A DNA stretch of 64,000 nucleotides from Acidobacteria bacterium RIFCSPLOWO2_12_FULL_67_14b (GCA_001768615.1 MELE01000027.1:52778-116777), one strand, 5' to 3'; numbered from the stretch's first letter, positions 1 through 10,856 are shown. The notes: generated by a model not told the origin, from the letters alone. Numbers and translations: made by a program.

Positions 1-108
1 GCTTCCATGCCTTCCGCCGCTTCGAGCTCCGCCCGCGGGGGGCGAAGCTCGACGGCGATCACACTGGAGGGCTCGCGGCGGAGCCGCGAGAGATAGGAAG
101 CCAAGAAG

Positions 109-897
109 CTATTTTTGCTCTTTGATCTTGTAGCCGGCCGGCGGCGCAAACAGGTCCGCGGCCAGGGTTCCGGTTTCGACCGACTGCACGGTGCTGGTGG
201 AGGTCATGCCGCCCATCTTCGCCATCATGCCGGCCATCGGGCCGTCGCCGCCCATCTTGATGCTCATCTCGGTTTCGTACGGGATGCCGCCGGTTTCGGC
301 GAGCTGCTTGTACATTTCGGCCATCGCCTTCGCCTGGCCGGGCGAGCCCTTGGCGCCGCGCGGGTCGCTGAAGATCCAACCTTTTTCGACCGCGCCCTTG
401 TAGAACGCGATGTACTCCGCGGTGCCGGGCGCGCCCTTGACGACCCACATCGGGCCTTCCAGCATCACCGTCATCTTCATGCCGCCGGCGCCGCCCAGCA
501 TGGCGGGCAGCTCGATCGACATGTCGTAGCCGGTGGCGTTCCTGCCGGCGATCTGCTTGGTCTGGCCGTTGGGCTTGACCGACGCCTTCATGGCCGAGGT
601 GTCGACGCTCTTCGAGATGTTCTCACCGAACGCCTGCATGTCCCACGCGTCGGCTTCCTTCTTCTTCGAGTCGAACGAGAAGAGCCGCTGGCTGTCGACG
701 TCGAAGATCATCGTGCGGGTGGTGTCACCGGTGATGGTCTCGGTCCGCATCTTGTTGCCCTTGATGTAAGTAGTCGTGGCCATGTTGCCGGAAATGCCCA
801 TGCCCTTGCCGGAGCCGATGGCCTTGACGGTCACGTCGGCGAACGACGGGGCCGCGATGGCGAGCGCGAACAACGCGATGAGGACGGAACGCTTCAT
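109..897 (-). CDS. secreted protein of unknown function
   Basis: ORF 109..942. The ATG at 897 gives signal peptide MKRSVLIALFALAIAAPSFA and has AAGGAG 6 nt upstream. The C-terminal half is Gly/Met-rich. Confidence 0.75.
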   Translation of the reverse strand: MKRSVLIALFALAIAAPSFADVTVKAIGSGKGMGISGNMATTTYIKGNKMRTETITGDTTRTMIFDVDSQRLFSFDSKKKEADAWDMQAFGENISKSVDTSAMKASVKPNGQTKQIAGRNATGYDMSIELPAMLGGAGGMKMTVMLEGPMWVVKGAPGTAEYIAFYKGAVEKGWIFSDPRGAKGSPGQAKAMAEMYKQLAETGGIPYETEMSIKMGGDGPMAGMMAKMGGMTSTSTVQSVETGTLAADLFAPPAGYKIKEQK

Positions 898-912
898 GTC
901 ATCTCCTTGGGG

Positions 913-994
913 GGATGATTGGGGACAGGCCCCCATTTTCACACTTCTATCGAAGTTCGGGACTGTGAAAATGGGGGCCTGTCCCCAATCATCC
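913..994. repeat. perfect 31-bp inverted repeat (arms 913..943 and 964..994, 20-nt loop)
   Basis: GGATGATTGGGGACAGGCCCCCATTTTCACA and its exact reverse complement were read directly. It lies between the stop of 994..3429 and the start of 109..897. Confidence 0.9.
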
Positions 995-3429
995 TATTGC
1001 TGACTCGTCGTCGTCCTGGGTTTTGCGGCCTTCGCCCACTCGTTGGCCCAGTTCAACATCTCGGCCACGGTGTGCATCACCGATTCACGGGCGACGTAGC
1101 CGTGCGCCTCGTGCGGCAACGTGACGTAGCGGACCGTCGCCCCGTGGCCCTTCAGCGCGCGATAAAACCGCTCCGACTGGATGGGATAGGTGCCGGCGTT
1201 GTCGTCGGCCTCGCCGTGGATCAGGAGGATCGGCTCCTTGATCTTGTCGGCGTGGTTGAACGGCGACATGCGCGAATAGAGCTGCGGCACCTCCCAGAAC
1301 GTGCGGTCCTCGTTCTGGAAGCCGAACGGCGTGAGCGTCCGGTTGTAGGCGCCGCTCCGCGCCAGGCCCGCCCGGAAGATATCCGAGTGCGCGAGGAGGT
1401 TCGCGGTCATGAACGCGCCGTAACTGTGGCCGCCCGCGACCACGCGATCGCGATCGACGACGCCCATGTCGACGGCCTTGTCGACCGCGGCTTGCGCGCT
1501 GGCGACGAGCTGCTCGACGTAGGTGTCGTTGGCGGTCTCACCCGGACCCACGATCGGCATCTTCGGATCGTCGATCACCGCGTAGCCCTGCGTGAGGAAG
1601 AGCATGTGCAGCGTGCTCCATCCCGGCGTCGTGAAGCGGTACTGCGATCCGGTGACCTGGCCGGCGAGCTTCGCATCCGTGAACTCCTGCGGGTACGCCC
1701 ACAGCAGCGCGGGCAGCCGGCCCTGCGCCGGCGTCCATCCCGGCGGCGTGTAGATGGTGGCGCGCATTTGCACGCCGTCCTTGCGCTGGTAGGTCACCAT
1801 CTCGGCCTTCACGCCCTTCATGGCCGGCGCCGGATCCTTATAGGTGCTGAGCGGACGACGGCTGGCCGATTCGCGGCCGCGCACGTAAAGGTTCGGCGGA
1901 TCGGTCCGGGTCTCGTACCGCGTGATGAACTTCGATCCATCGTCCGAGAGCAGGCCGACCACCGGCTCGTACGATCCTTCTTCGGTCTGGAACAGCCGTT
2001 CCTTGGCCCCGGTCTTGATGTTGACCTTGTCGAGGAAGGGACGGTCACCTTGCGGCGATGAGCCGACACCGGCGAGGTAGACGCTGTCGCCAACCTGCAG
2101 CAAGGCGTCGGTGCTGGACGGACGCGCCTGGCGCATCGGCGTGCCCGGGTTGGCGTACGAATCCTCCGAGCTCCGCTCCGACAGCTTGCGCGGCGCCGCG
2201 CCGGGGGCATCGATCACCCACGTGCGGGTCAGCTTCGTGTCGCGATCGTTCTCGGTCAACCACACCGCGCCGGCGGAGGTCCACGTGACGCTCTGCACGC
2301 GCAGCTCGGTGCGGGTCAACTCAGCGGGGGTCACGGCAAACGGCGCCGTCCACGTCATCACCTTGTCGCGTTGAGGCACCTTGTTCTTCGGGTCGCCGCC
2401 GTCGAGCGCTTCGGTCCACGCCACGGTGGCCGGCTGCGTCGGGTGCCAGCGCCAGAGGCGAGGCCCGGGCAACACGGCCCCGCGTGCCAGGTTGTCGGCC
2501 AGCGGCAGATCCGCGAGCGGCTTCACCAGCGCTCCGCGCCGATCCCAGATCTCAACCGAGCTTGGGAACGACCGGTAGGGGACGAGCCACGAGAAGGGCC
2601 GCTTGACCCGCTCGATGAGCATGTACTGGCCGTCAGGCGACGGCCTGAACTCGCTGTGGATCGCGGGCTTGCCGATCGGCGAGCGCTGGCCGGTGGCGGC
2701 ATCGACCGCCGCCAGCTGGCTCGTGGCGTAGTACTCGAACAGCGCTTCGTCGTGCACGCTCCCGAGCATGTCCTGCACGGTCGCGGCCGGCGCGGCGCGG
2801 CCGCGGTTCTCCTGGATGTTCGGACCGCTCGGCACTTCCGCAGCCGCCGGCGCAGGGCCGCGGCCGGCGTTGATGAACGCGCACAACAGCGACGCGCCCT
2901 CGCCGATCCACGCGCACGGCGTGCCCAGCGACGCATTCAGCTGCGCCGGCGTGATCGCCCTGGCCTGGCCGGTGGCCGTGTCGCCGATCCACAACTCGAT
3001 GCCGTTCTCGCGCGTGTTTGTGAACGCAAGGCGCCGGCCGTCCGGTGAGAATCCAATCCAGCTGATCGCGGGGGTGGCCGGCAGCGTCACTTTCCGCTCG
3101 GCGCCGTCGGCGACGACCTTGAGCGTGAGATTGCGATAGCGGTTGTTCAGGCGATGCGGGCCATTGGTCCGCGGGTTGATGCGCAGGCCGGCAAGCCGAT
3201 GCATCGGCTGCGCCAGCTCGGCGATAGACGGGAACGGCGCGCGTTCGAGCAGCACCACCACGTCCCGCGAAGGACTGAGCTCGGCCGTTGGCGGCGGCGC
3301 CGTGTCGAGAATGTCGACAATCTCCTTCGGCGGCAGCAGATATCCGGATGCCGCAGGCGCGGTGGGCGCCTGCGCGCCGAGCGTGACCGATCCGACGATG
3401 GCGACCAGGGCGAGAACGACTCTGCGCAT
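994..3429 (-). CDS. S9 family serine peptidase (prolyl oligopeptidase-type, N-terminal beta-propeller), secreted
   Basis: 811-aa ORF with signal peptide MRRVVLALVAIVGSVTLGAQA, nucleophile motif GGHSYGAF, and AAGGAG upstream of the ATG. Confidence 0.9.
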   Translation of the reverse strand: MRRVVLALVAIVGSVTLGAQAPTAPAASGYLLPPKEIVDILDTAPPPTAELSPSRDVVVLLERAPFPSIAELAQPMHRLAGLRINPRTNGPHRLNNRYRNLTLKVVADGAERKVTLPATPAISWIGFSPDGRRLAFTNTRENGIELWIGDTATGQARAITPAQLNASLGTPCAWIGEGASLLCAFINAGRGPAPAAAEVPSGPNIQENRGRAAPAATVQDMLGSVHDEALFEYYATSQLAAVDAATGQRSPIGKPAIHSEFRPSPDGQYMLIERVKRPFSWLVPYRSFPSSVEIWDRRGALVKPLADLPLADNLARGAVLPGPRLWRWHPTQPATVAWTEALDGGDPKNKVPQRDKVMTWTAPFAVTPAELTRTELRVQSVTWTSAGAVWLTENDRDTKLTRTWVIDAPGAAPRKLSERSSEDSYANPGTPMRQARPSSTDALLQVGDSVYLAGVGSSPQGDRPFLDKVNIKTGAKERLFQTEEGSYEPVVGLLSDDGSKFITRYETRTDPPNLYVRGRESASRRPLSTYKDPAPAMKGVKAEMVTYQRKDGVQMRATIYTPPGWTPAQGRLPALLWAYPQEFTDAKLAGQVTGSQYRFTTPGWSTLHMLFLTQGYAVIDDPKMPIVGPGETANDTYVEQLVASAQAAVDKAVDMGVVDRDRVVAGGHSYGAFMTANLLAHSDIFRAGLARSGAYNRTLTPFGFQNEDRTFWEVPQLYSRMSPFNHADKIKEPILLIHGEADDNAGTYPIQSERFYRALKGHGATVRYVTLPHEAHGYVARESVMHTVAEMLNWANEWAKAAKPRTTTSQQ

Positions 3430-3510
3430 GACTGCTCCTTGCCCCGCCGAAGCTCTAGCGGAGGCGGGCTCCCACCTCCGCTACTGCGAGGCAGGCTGCG
3501 GATTGTACCA

Positions 3511-3549
3511 GTTCCTCACGAGGGTTCCTCACGGAGGTTCCTCACGAAG
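3511..3549. repeat. three direct 13-nt words GTTCCTCACGRRG
   Basis: gttcctcacgagg / gttcctcacggag / gttcctcacgaag were read directly. The last unit overlaps the stop codon of 3542..4795. The word contains the CACGAAG core of the ACCACGAAG family. Confidence 0.85.
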
Positions 3550-4795
3550 GTTCGGTTGCGGCGAGCCCGGCCGCACGTCCGGTGGCCCATGCCCAGGCGA
3601 AGTTGTGGCCGCCGATGGGACCAAACGCGTCGAGGATCTCGCCGCACAGGTACAGGCCGGGGCAGCGCTTGCTCTCGAGCGTGCGCTGGTTGATGGCGTC
3701 CAGCGCCACACCGCCGCCGGTGACTTCGGCCTTCTTGTAGCCCTCGTCGCCGATAACCGGGAGCTCGTACGACGTCAGCTTGTCGATCAACGCCGTGCGC
3801 TCGGATCGGCGCAGGCTGCTCGTCCGGCGATCGGCCGGCACGCCGGCCTCGGTCATGAGCTGTTCGGCGAGGCGCGCCGGGACGTGCCTGCCGAGCAGCG
3901 ACGCGACGCTCGCGGATGGCGCGTCGAACCGGGCCGTCCACTCGCGAACGCCCAGCGGGGACCACTGGGCGCGAATTGTCCGGCTGGCCGCCTTCGCCGA
4001 GGCTTCGGCGCCCGAGAAGCCGGACGCCACATCAGGGTGCCGTGTCACCACGTGGGAAATGTCGAGCACGCTCGGACCGCTGTAACCGCGATGCGTGAAC
4101 AGGAACCCGCCGGAGGTCTCGACGGCCCGCCTTCCGCTCTTCGCGCGCAGGCGCGCGTTCAGGGAGACGCCGGCGAGCGCGGTGTGTCCAGCGGCCGGAT
4201 TGCCCAGCAACGGCGTGAGCGCCGGGTAGGTTTCGACCATCCGATGGCCGAACGTTTCCGCGATGCGGAGGCCGGTGCCGTCGCTGCCGGTGGCCGGCAC
4301 CGACAAGCCACCCGTGGCGAGGATCACCCGCATGGCGGTGATCTCGCCTGCTGGCGTCCGCAGCGTGAAGCCCGGCGCGGATGCCACGATGCCGGTGACG
4401 AGCGTGTCGAACTGGAGCCGGACGCCGCGGTCGCGCGCAAGGGCGACAAGCCCGTCGCGCACGTCGCGCGCGCGGTTCGATTGCGGAAAGAGCTTGCCGG
4501 ACGCTTCCTCCAGCGCGAGGGGAATGCCGAGGTCGCGCTCGAAAAACGCGCGCTGCTCGTGAAGGGGCCAGGACTTGAGCATGCCGCGCATCAGGTGCGC
4601 CGGCGAATCGGTGACGAAGCGTTCGGGGGCCGGCACGGAGGGGAGCACGTTGCAGCGGCCGCCGCCGCTGATGAGGATCTTGCGGCCGCCGTCAGCCGTG
4701 CGCTCGATCAGGAGGACGTCGGCGCCCTGCGACGCGGCGAAGATGGCCGCGACGAGGCCGGCCGCCCCTGCGCCGACCACGGCCACAGATGTCAC
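3542..4795 (-). CDS. NAD(P)/FAD-dependent oxidoreductase, HI0933/YhiN-like
   Basis: N-terminal VVGAGAAG Rossmann motif and the ISGGGRCN motif typical of the family. GTG start. Confidence 0.85.
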   Translation of the reverse strand: MTSVAVVGAGAAGLVAAIFAASQGADVLLIERTADGGRKILISGGGRCNVLPSVPAPERFVTDSPAHLMRGMLKSWPLHEQRAFFERDLGIPLALEEASGKLFPQSNRARDVRDGLVALARDRGVRLQFDTLVTGIVASAPGFTLRTPAGEITAMRVILATGGLSVPATGSDGTGLRIAETFGHRMVETYPALTPLLGNPAAGHTALAGVSLNARLRAKSGRRAVETSGGFLFTHRGYSGPSVLDISHVVTRHPDVASGFSGAEASAKAASRTIRAQWSPLGVREWTARFDAPSASVASLLGRHVPARLAEQLMTEAGVPADRRTSSLRRSERTALIDKLTSYELPVIGDEGYKKAEVTGGGVALDAINQRTLESKRCPGLYLCGEILDAFGPIGGHNFAWAWATGRAAGLAATEPS

Positions 4796-4814
4796 AGATC
4801 AATCAACGTCAGGG

Positions 4815-6263
4815 TCATCGGAACAATTCGTCGATGGGAACGATGTTGATCGGTCCGAGGTTGAGCTGGCGGACCGGGCCTTCAATCACCCGACGATCGC
4901 CGACGATGACGACCGCCATCCTGTCCGGCTGAATGTACCGCGCGGCGGCCTTCTGCAGATCCGCCGCCGTGACCGCGGTCACCTTCGCCACGAACCCGGA
5001 GAACGTGTCGTCGGGCAGGTTGTAGACGACAAGCTCTTCGAGCTTGCGGGCGAGATCGCCGGTAGTCTCGAACTCGCCGGGGAAGCCAAGGGCGACGTAG
5101 TTCTTCGCCTTGGAGAGCTCGTCGCCGGGCACGGGCGTGAGAATGCCGTCGAGCTCGACGAAGAATTCCCTGAGCGCGTCGGCGGTCTTGTCGGTCTGCA
5201 CGCCGGCCGTCGCCAGGAACGGTCCCGGGGATTGGCGCATGTCGAACCCGGAGCTGGCGCCGTAGCTGTAGCCGTTCTTCTCCCGCAGGTTCTGATTGAG
5301 CCGTGACGTGAACGATCCGCCCAGGATGGTGTTGAGCACCTCGAGCGGAACGTAGTCCGGCGTGGAGCGCGGCACGCCCACCCAGCCGATGCGGATCTGC
5401 GACTGCGCGGCTTCCGGTTTGTCCACCAGGTAGATCTGCCGGCGCGTCAGCTGCGGCGCCGCGGGCACGCCCGCAACGAGCGCCGCCATGCCGTCGGCCT
5501 TCCATCCGCCGAAGGATTTTTCCAGCGCCGGCAGCAGCGAGGCCGGCGTCACGTCGCCGACGACGAGCAGCGTGGCGTTGTCGGGGCGATAGTGTGCGCG
5601 GTAGAACGTGCGCAGGTCGTCAACGGTGAACGACTCGATGGCGGGTGGCAGGCCGTTGGCCGACGTGCCGTACCGGTGCGTCGGCCCGAACACGACCCGC
5701 GGAAAGGCGAGCTGGATGAGGGCGGCGGGGTTGTCGCGCGCCTGGAGCAGGCCCGTGAGCCGTTCCTTCCTCAACCGCTCGAGCTCGCCGGCCGGGAAGG
5801 TGGGCCTCAGCCCGACGTCGGCCATCAGCGGCAGCGCGTCGCCGAGCCGCGATACCGGCACCGACATGCGCACGGCCGAATAATCGAACGAGCTCGTCGT
5901 CGACAGGTTGGCGCCGAGGAATTCGATCGCGTCGGCCAGATCGAGCGCCGACCGCGTGCCCGCGCCCTCGTCCAGCATCGCCGCCGCGAGGCTGCCGACG
6001 CCGTACTTGCCGATCGGATCGGCGGCGCTCCCGGAGCGGATGATGAGGTTGACCTGCGCGAGCGGGACCTCGTGGTGCTCGACGATCCACACGGCGAGCC
6101 CATTCGAGAGCCGGCTCTTCTGGATCGCCGGCATCTTCAACGACGGCGCCGGACCAACGGCCGGCGGCTTCGATCGATCGGGCGCCTGGCCGCTGATGGT
6201 CACGCCGATTGAAGCGCAGACGACGGCGACGACATACAGCCGCAGATTAGTACGCAGATTCAT
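4815..6263 (-). CDS. M16 (pitrilysin) family protein, non-catalytic partner (no HxxEH)
   Basis: Internal ATG at 6263 (MNLRTNLRLYVVAVVCAS..., signal-like) inside the artefactual 966-aa ORF 4815..7715. M16 fold-like sequence that lacks the zinc motif. Confidence 0.8.
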   Translation of the reverse strand: MNLRTNLRLYVVAVVCASIGVTISGQAPDRSKPPAVGPAPSLKMPAIQKSRLSNGLAVWIVEHHEVPLAQVNLIIRSGSAADPIGKYGVGSLAAAMLDEGAGTRSALDLADAIEFLGANLSTTSSFDYSAVRMSVPVSRLGDALPLMADVGLRPTFPAGELERLRKERLTGLLQARDNPAALIQLAFPRVVFGPTHRYGTSANGLPPAIESFTVDDLRTFYRAHYRPDNATLLVVGDVTPASLLPALEKSFGGWKADGMAALVAGVPAAPQLTRRQIYLVDKPEAAQSQIRIGWVGVPRSTPDYVPLEVLNTILGGSFTSRLNQNLREKNGYSYGASSGFDMRQSPGPFLATAGVQTDKTADALREFFVELDGILTPVPGDELSKAKNYVALGFPGEFETTGDLARKLEELVVYNLPDDTFSGFVAKVTAVTAADLQKAAARYIQPDRMAVVIVGDRRVIEGPVRQLNLGPINIVPIDELFR

Positions 6264-6289
6264 GTTTTTCCAAAGCCCCAAGGCCGACG

Positions 6290-7630
6290 TCACTTTGTCC
6301 CCGGTACGACGCTCAGCTCGACGCGGCGATCCTTCGGCAGGTATCTTTCGACGGCCGCCTGCACCTCGGCGGCAGTGACGGCGCGGTAGCGCGCCAGATC
6401 CTTCTCGAAGTAATCGGGCGTGCCGGCGGACTTGAAATACGAGTTGAGCTGATCCGCCTTGCCGCCGAAACCGCCGACGCGCTCCATGCCGCGGTAGAAG
6501 TTGGCCTCGGTCTGGTTGAGGGCGCGCGTCATCTCGCGCGCGTCGGGCAAAGACGCACGGAGCTTGTCGAGCTCTTCGTCGATCACCGCCTGGATCTTGT
6601 CGAGCGTCTGGCCGGGACGGGCGGTGGCCATGATCAGGTAGCTGCTGCCGAGCGCCTGTGATTGCTGGAACGCGTTCACGTCCTGCGCGATCTGCAGGTC
6701 GTAGACGAGGCGGCGATACAGCCGCGAGTTCTTGCCGCCGGTGAGCAGGTTCGAGATCACATCCATGGCCGCGTCGCCGGGCTTCAGCAGGCCGGGCGTG
6801 TGCCACGCGAGATACAGCCTCGGGAGCTGCACGCGGTCGGTGATCGTCTTCTTCTTCACGCCGTCGAGCACGGGCGTCGGCGGCGAGAGCGGCGACACGG
6901 GCTTGCCGCGCGGCACGTCGGCGAACCATTTCTCGACCAGCTTGCGGGTCTGATCGACGTCGATGTCGCCGGCAATCACCAGGCTGGCGTTGTTCGGCAC
7001 GTAGTAGGTCCGGAAGAACCGCGCCACATCCTCGAAGCTCGCAGCGGTGAGGTCTTCCATCGATCCGATCACCGGCCAGCTGTAGGGATGCCCGGGCGGA
7101 TAGAGCAACGACGCCAGCTCCACGAACGCCTGTCCGTAGGGCTGGTTGTCCACGCTCTGCCGCTTCTCGTTCTTGACCACGTCGCGCTGGCCGTCCACTT
7201 TTTCGGGGGCCTTGTCGTCGAGCAGGAAGCCCATGCGATCCGATTCGAGGAACAGGGCCAGCTCGAGCGCGTTGGCGGGCAGGTCGATGTAGTAGTTGGT
7301 ACGGTCGTTGTTTGTCGACCCATTGTTGTTGGCGCCGGCGGCTTCGAGCCACGTGTCGAAGGCGCCCTCGGGCACGTGCGTCGATCCTTCGAACATCACG
7401 TGCTCGAACAGGTGGGCGAACCCGGTGCGGCCCACCCGCTCGTTGGCCGAGCCGACGTGAAACCAGACATTCACCGCCACCACGGGCACGCTCGTGTCGC
7501 GATGCAGGATCACGTTCAGGCCGTTGGGCAGCGTGAACTGGCTGTACGGTACCGAGAGGGCCGGCGCCTGGGCGGCGGCGGTGGTCGCAGTCGCGACGGC
7601 AAGGGCAATGGTCGAGATCCAGCGCGTCAT
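6290..7630 (-). CDS. M16 family zinc peptidase (catalytic subunit)
   Basis: 446-aa ORF with signal peptide and zinc motif HLFEH (HxxEH) followed by MFEGS. Confidence 0.9.
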   Translation of the reverse strand: MTRWISTIALAVATATTAAAQAPALSVPYSQFTLPNGLNVILHRDTSVPVVAVNVWFHVGSANERVGRTGFAHLFEHVMFEGSTHVPEGAFDTWLEAAGANNNGSTNNDRTNYYIDLPANALELALFLESDRMGFLLDDKAPEKVDGQRDVVKNEKRQSVDNQPYGQAFVELASLLYPPGHPYSWPVIGSMEDLTAASFEDVARFFRTYYVPNNASLVIAGDIDVDQTRKLVEKWFADVPRGKPVSPLSPPTPVLDGVKKKTITDRVQLPRLYLAWHTPGLLKPGDAAMDVISNLLTGGKNSRLYRRLVYDLQIAQDVNAFQQSQALGSSYLIMATARPGQTLDKIQAVIDEELDKLRASLPDAREMTRALNQTEANFYRGMERVGGFGGKADQLNSYFKSAGTPDYFEKDLARYRAVTAAEVQAAVERYLPKDRRVELSVVPGTK

Positions 7631-7699
7631 CCGCCAAGTCTAGCGCAGCGCCGCAAGGGCGGCGCGGCGCCTGGACCCTGGGATATACTTTCCGTTTTC

Positions 7700-8188
7700 G
7701 TGACAGACCAACCATTGGTGGCGGTGATCATGGGCTCCACGTCCGACTGGGACACGATGTCTCACGCGGCCGAGGTGCTCGAGCGTTTCGGCGTGCCGTT
7801 CGAGAAGGAAGTCGTCTCGGCGCATCGCACGCCGGTGTGGATGGCCGAGTTCGCCCAGAGCGCGGAAGCGCGCGGCATCCAGGTGATCATCGCCGGCGCC
7901 GGCGGCGCCGCGCACCTGCCGGGCATGGTCGCCTCGCACACCGTGCTCCCGGTCTTCGGCGTTCCCGTCAACAGCGCGTCGTTGCAGGGACTCGATTCCC
8001 TGCTCTCCATCGTCCAGATGCCGGCCGGGGTGCCGGTGGGCACCCTCGCCATCGGCAAGGGCGGCGCCACCAACGCGGCGCTGCTGGCCGTGGCCGTCCT
8101 GGCGACGACGCGGCCCGAGCTTCGTGAGCGGCTTCGCCAGTTTCGCGCCGAGCAGACGGCGAAGGTCCGCCAGGACACCCTTCCGTGA
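7700..8188 (+). CDS. purE: N5-carboxyaminoimidazole ribonucleotide mutase
   Basis: The C-terminal part of ORF 6662..8188 reads [14 protein letters not shown]...[14 protein letters not shown]...GVPV. GTG start at 7700 (alternative ATG at 7730). Confidence 0.9.
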   Translation: MTDQPLVAVIMGSTSDWDTMSHAAEVLERFGVPFEKEVVSAHRTPVWMAEFAQSAEARGIQVIIAGAGGAAHLPGMVASHTVLPVFGVPVNSASLQGLDSLLSIVQMPAGVPVGTLAIGKGGATNAALLAVAVLATTRPELRERLRQFRAEQTAKVRQDTLP

Positions 8189-9318
8189 ACCGCCCCGTGT
8201 TGCCCGGCGCCACCATTGGCGTGCTTGGCAGCGGACAGCTGGGTCGCATGCTCGCGCTCGAGGCCAAGCGCATGGGCTACCGCGTCCATACGCTCTCGCC
8301 CGGCGTCGATACGCCCACCGGACAGGTGGCGGACCTCGAGGTCAGCGCCGAGTACGACGATCTCGAGGCCATCCGCGCGTTCGCGCGCGGGGTCGACGTG
8401 GTCACCTTCGAATTCGAGAACGTGCTGATCGACGCGGCGGACGCCGCGGCCGAGATCGTGCCGGTGCGTCCCAGCGGATCGGCCCTGCACATCACACAGC
8501 AGCGCGCGCGCGAGAAGGCCTTCCTGGCCGATCGCGGCTATCCGGTGGCGCCGTTTGCCAAGGCGCAGTCGCTCGACGAGCTCGCGGTCGGCCTCGGCGC
8601 CGTCGGCCTTCCCGCCATCGTCAAGACCTCGGTGTTCGGCTACGACGGCAAGGGCCAGCACCGCATCAACAGCATCGAAGAGGGGGAGCGCGTCTGGGGG
8701 CTCATCGGCCACCAGGAGGCGATCATCGAGCGGCTGGTCGAATTCACCATGGAGATCTCGGTTGTGGCCGCGCGCGGGCTCGACGGCGAGTTCGCGCACT
8801 ACGGCGTGATTGAAAACGTCCATCACAATCACATCCTGGATCTGTCGGTGTGTCCGGCGCGGCTGCCGGCGGGCATTGGCCATGAGGCCGTGCACCTGAC
8901 GCACCGCGTGCTCGAGGACCTCGGCTACGTCGGCGTGTTGTGCGTGGAGTTCTTCGTGACGGGCGACGGCCGGCTGCTGATCAACGAGATTGCCCCGCGC
9001 CCCCATAACTCGGGGCACTTCACGATCGACGCGTGCGTGACGTCGCAATTCGAGCAGCAGGTGCGCGCGGTGTGCGGGCTCTCGCTCGGCGACCCGGCGC
9101 AGATCAGGCCCGCCGCGATGGTGAACCTGCTGGGCGATCTGTGGATCAACGGGGAGCCGGACTGGGCGGCGGCGATGGCGGTGCCGGACGTGAAGCTGCA
9201 CTTGTACGGCAAGGGCGACCCGCTCGTGGGCCGCAAGATGGGCCACCTGACGGCGCTGGGCGAGTCGGTGGAAGAAGCCGCCGCGAAGGCCCTCGCTGCC
9301 AGGGATGTCCTTTGTTGA
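8185..9318 (+). CDS. purK: N5-carboxyaminoimidazole ribonucleotide synthase (ATP-grasp)
   Basis: 377 aa, 4-nt overlap with purE, with [12 protein letters not shown] and ATP-grasp core motifs. Confidence 0.9.
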   Translation: MNRPVLPGATIGVLGSGQLGRMLALEAKRMGYRVHTLSPGVDTPTGQVADLEVSAEYDDLEAIRAFARGVDVVTFEFENVLIDAADAAAEIVPVRPSGSALHITQQRAREKAFLADRGYPVAPFAKAQSLDELAVGLGAVGLPAIVKTSVFGYDGKGQHRINSIEEGERVWGLIGHQEAIIERLVEFTMEISVVAARGLDGEFAHYGVIENVHHNHILDLSVCPARLPAGIGHEAVHLTHRVLEDLGYVGVLCVEFFVTGDGRLLINEIAPRPHNSGHFTIDACVTSQFEQQVRAVCGLSLGDPAQIRPAAMVNLLGDLWINGEPDWAAAMAVPDVKLHLYGKGDPLVGRKMGHLTALGESVEEAAAKALAARDVLC

Positions 9319-9320
9319 TC

Positions 9321-9367
9321 AAAGAGACCACGAAGACCACGAATTCGTGATCTTCGTGGTTTCTCTT
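9321..9367. repeat. ACCACGAAG-word hairpin element, copy 1
   Basis: AAAGAGACCACGAAGACCACGAA|TTCGTGATCTTCGTGGTTTCTCTT, centred on GAATTC and preceded by TTGATCAAAGAG. Confidence 0.9.
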
Positions 9368-9378
9368 AGAATCCTCTG

Positions 9379-10848
9379 GTGATCCGCTTCGGTCCGTTCC
9401 AGGTCGACCCGCGGACGTGGACGCTCTCGCGCGACGGGGCGGCCGTGGATCTGTCGCCGCGCCTCGTCGAGATCCTGACCCACATCGTCGAGAGAAACGG
9501 CGAGATCGTCACCAAGGACGAACTGCTGGAGCGGTTCTGGCCCGGCGTGAACATTACCGAGAACACGCTGACGCGCGCGATTGCCGACATCCGCAAGGCG
9601 TTGGCCGACAGCGCCGACAGCCCGAAGTACCTGCAAACGGCCGCGCGCCGCGGCTACAGGTTCGTCGGCGAGCCGCAGTCGCAGCCGGATCCCGGCGTCC
9701 GGATCCCGGCGCCCGATCGGGATGATCCATTTCAAGCGTGGGTGAAAGGGAAGCTGGCGCTCGATTCGCTGGATCTCAAGAAGCTGACCGGCGCGATTGC
9801 CGCCTTCGAGCGCGCCGTGGTGGAGCTGCCGTCGTACGCGCCGGCGCACGCGGGGCTGGCCAATGCTTACCTGTTGCAGTTCGAGAAGACGCGATCGGGC
9901 AGCGTTCCCGATCGCGAGCTCCTCACGCGCGCGATGGCGGCCGCGCGGCAGGCGTGCGCCCTGGACCCGTCGCTCGGTGAAGGGTGGGCGGTGCTCGGCT
10001 ACCTGCTCGGCGCCGCAGGGAAGATGGAAGAGGCGCAAGCGGCCGGCCGCCGCGCCAGCGCGCTCGAGCCCGACAACTGGCGGCATCAATACCGGCTGGC
10101 CTACAGCGCCTGGGGAGAGGAGCGGCTGCGCGCGGTCGACAAGACGCTGACCCTGAAGCCGGGCTTCGCACCGGCGCGCATGCTGTCGGCCATGGTGTTC
10201 ATCGCCCGCGGCGCCCTGGACCGCGCGGAGCGGGAGGCGACGCTCGGCGCCGACGCGCAGCGCCAGCACCGCCACGATCACACGCCGCTGCCCGCGGTCG
10301 GCCTTCACTGGTTGCGCGGCCTCGTGCTCGGCGCGAAGGGCGATCTGCCGGCGGCGCTCGCCAGCTTCGAGGAAGAGATCGCCATGGGCACGAGCGGCCA
10401 CGTGTATGCGCGCGAGTTTGCGGTCAACGCGCGCGTGGCCGCCGGCTTCACCCATCTCACCCTGAACGACACTCCGCCGGCCGCCGCCGCGTTCCGGCAG
10501 GCCCTCGCCGAGGCGCCGGGGCATCCGCGGGCCACGCTCGGCCTGCACGCCGTGGCCGCACGGTCGGGCGACAGGGCCGGCGCGGACGCGACCAAGGCGG
10601 CCCTGGAACACGCGATCGGCGAGCTCAGCCTTGGCGAGCGTCACAGCGAAGCGGCGCTCGTGCAGGCCGGCCGGTGGATCGTTCGCGGCCAGACGGCGGA
10701 GGCGATGGACATCCTCGATCGGCTGCTCACCGACGCACCCCCCGGCCCGGCCGGCTGGATTGTGCCGGTGGACCCGATGCTCGCCGCCCTGCGCTTCGCC
10801 CCCGGGCGGGCGACGCTGCTGGCCCGGCTCGCGGCACGGGCTTCATAG
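9379..10848 (+). CDS. winged-helix (OmpR/PhoB-type, trans_reg_C) DNA-binding protein with C-terminal TPR-like region
   Basis: N-terminus FGPFQVDPRTWTLSRDG..VDLSPRLVEILTHIV...ENTLTRAIADIRKAL is typical of CadC/OmpR-type DNA-binding domains. GTG start. Confidence 0.8.
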   Translation: MIRFGPFQVDPRTWTLSRDGAAVDLSPRLVEILTHIVERNGEIVTKDELLERFWPGVNITENTLTRAIADIRKALADSADSPKYLQTAARRGYRFVGEPQSQPDPGVRIPAPDRDDPFQAWVKGKLALDSLDLKKLTGAIAAFERAVVELPSYAPAHAGLANAYLLQFEKTRSGSVPDRELLTRAMAAARQACALDPSLGEGWAVLGYLLGAAGKMEEAQAAGRRASALEPDNWRHQYRLAYSAWGEERLRAVDKTLTLKPGFAPARMLSAMVFIARGALDRAEREATLGADAQRQHRHDHTPLPAVGLHWLRGLVLGAKGDLPAALASFEEEIAMGTSGHVYAREFAVNARVAAGFTHLTLNDTPPAAAAFRQALAEAPGHPRATLGLHAVAARSGDRAGADATKAALEHAIGELSLGERHSEAALVQAGRWIVRGQTAEAMDILDRLLTDAPPGPAGWIVPVDPMLAALRFAPGRATLLARLAARAS

Positions 10849-10856
10849 AACTGCAT

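Noticed and set aside
1-108. Possible partial gene at the left window edge. Frame 1 (+) is open to a TAG at 94..96, there is a possible minus-strand ATG at 8..6, and the hairpin CTCGCGGC-GGA-GCCGCGAG lies at 72..90.
   Set aside because: The stretch is too short to recognise any product and no motif is visible. The hairpin lacks a U-tract on either strand.
4815-7715. Single 966-aa ORF spanning both M16 peptidase genes
   Set aside because: Its upstream half is an out-of-frame shadow of 6290..7630. A proper start (ATG 6263, signal-like N-terminus) gives a normal-sized second M16 subunit.
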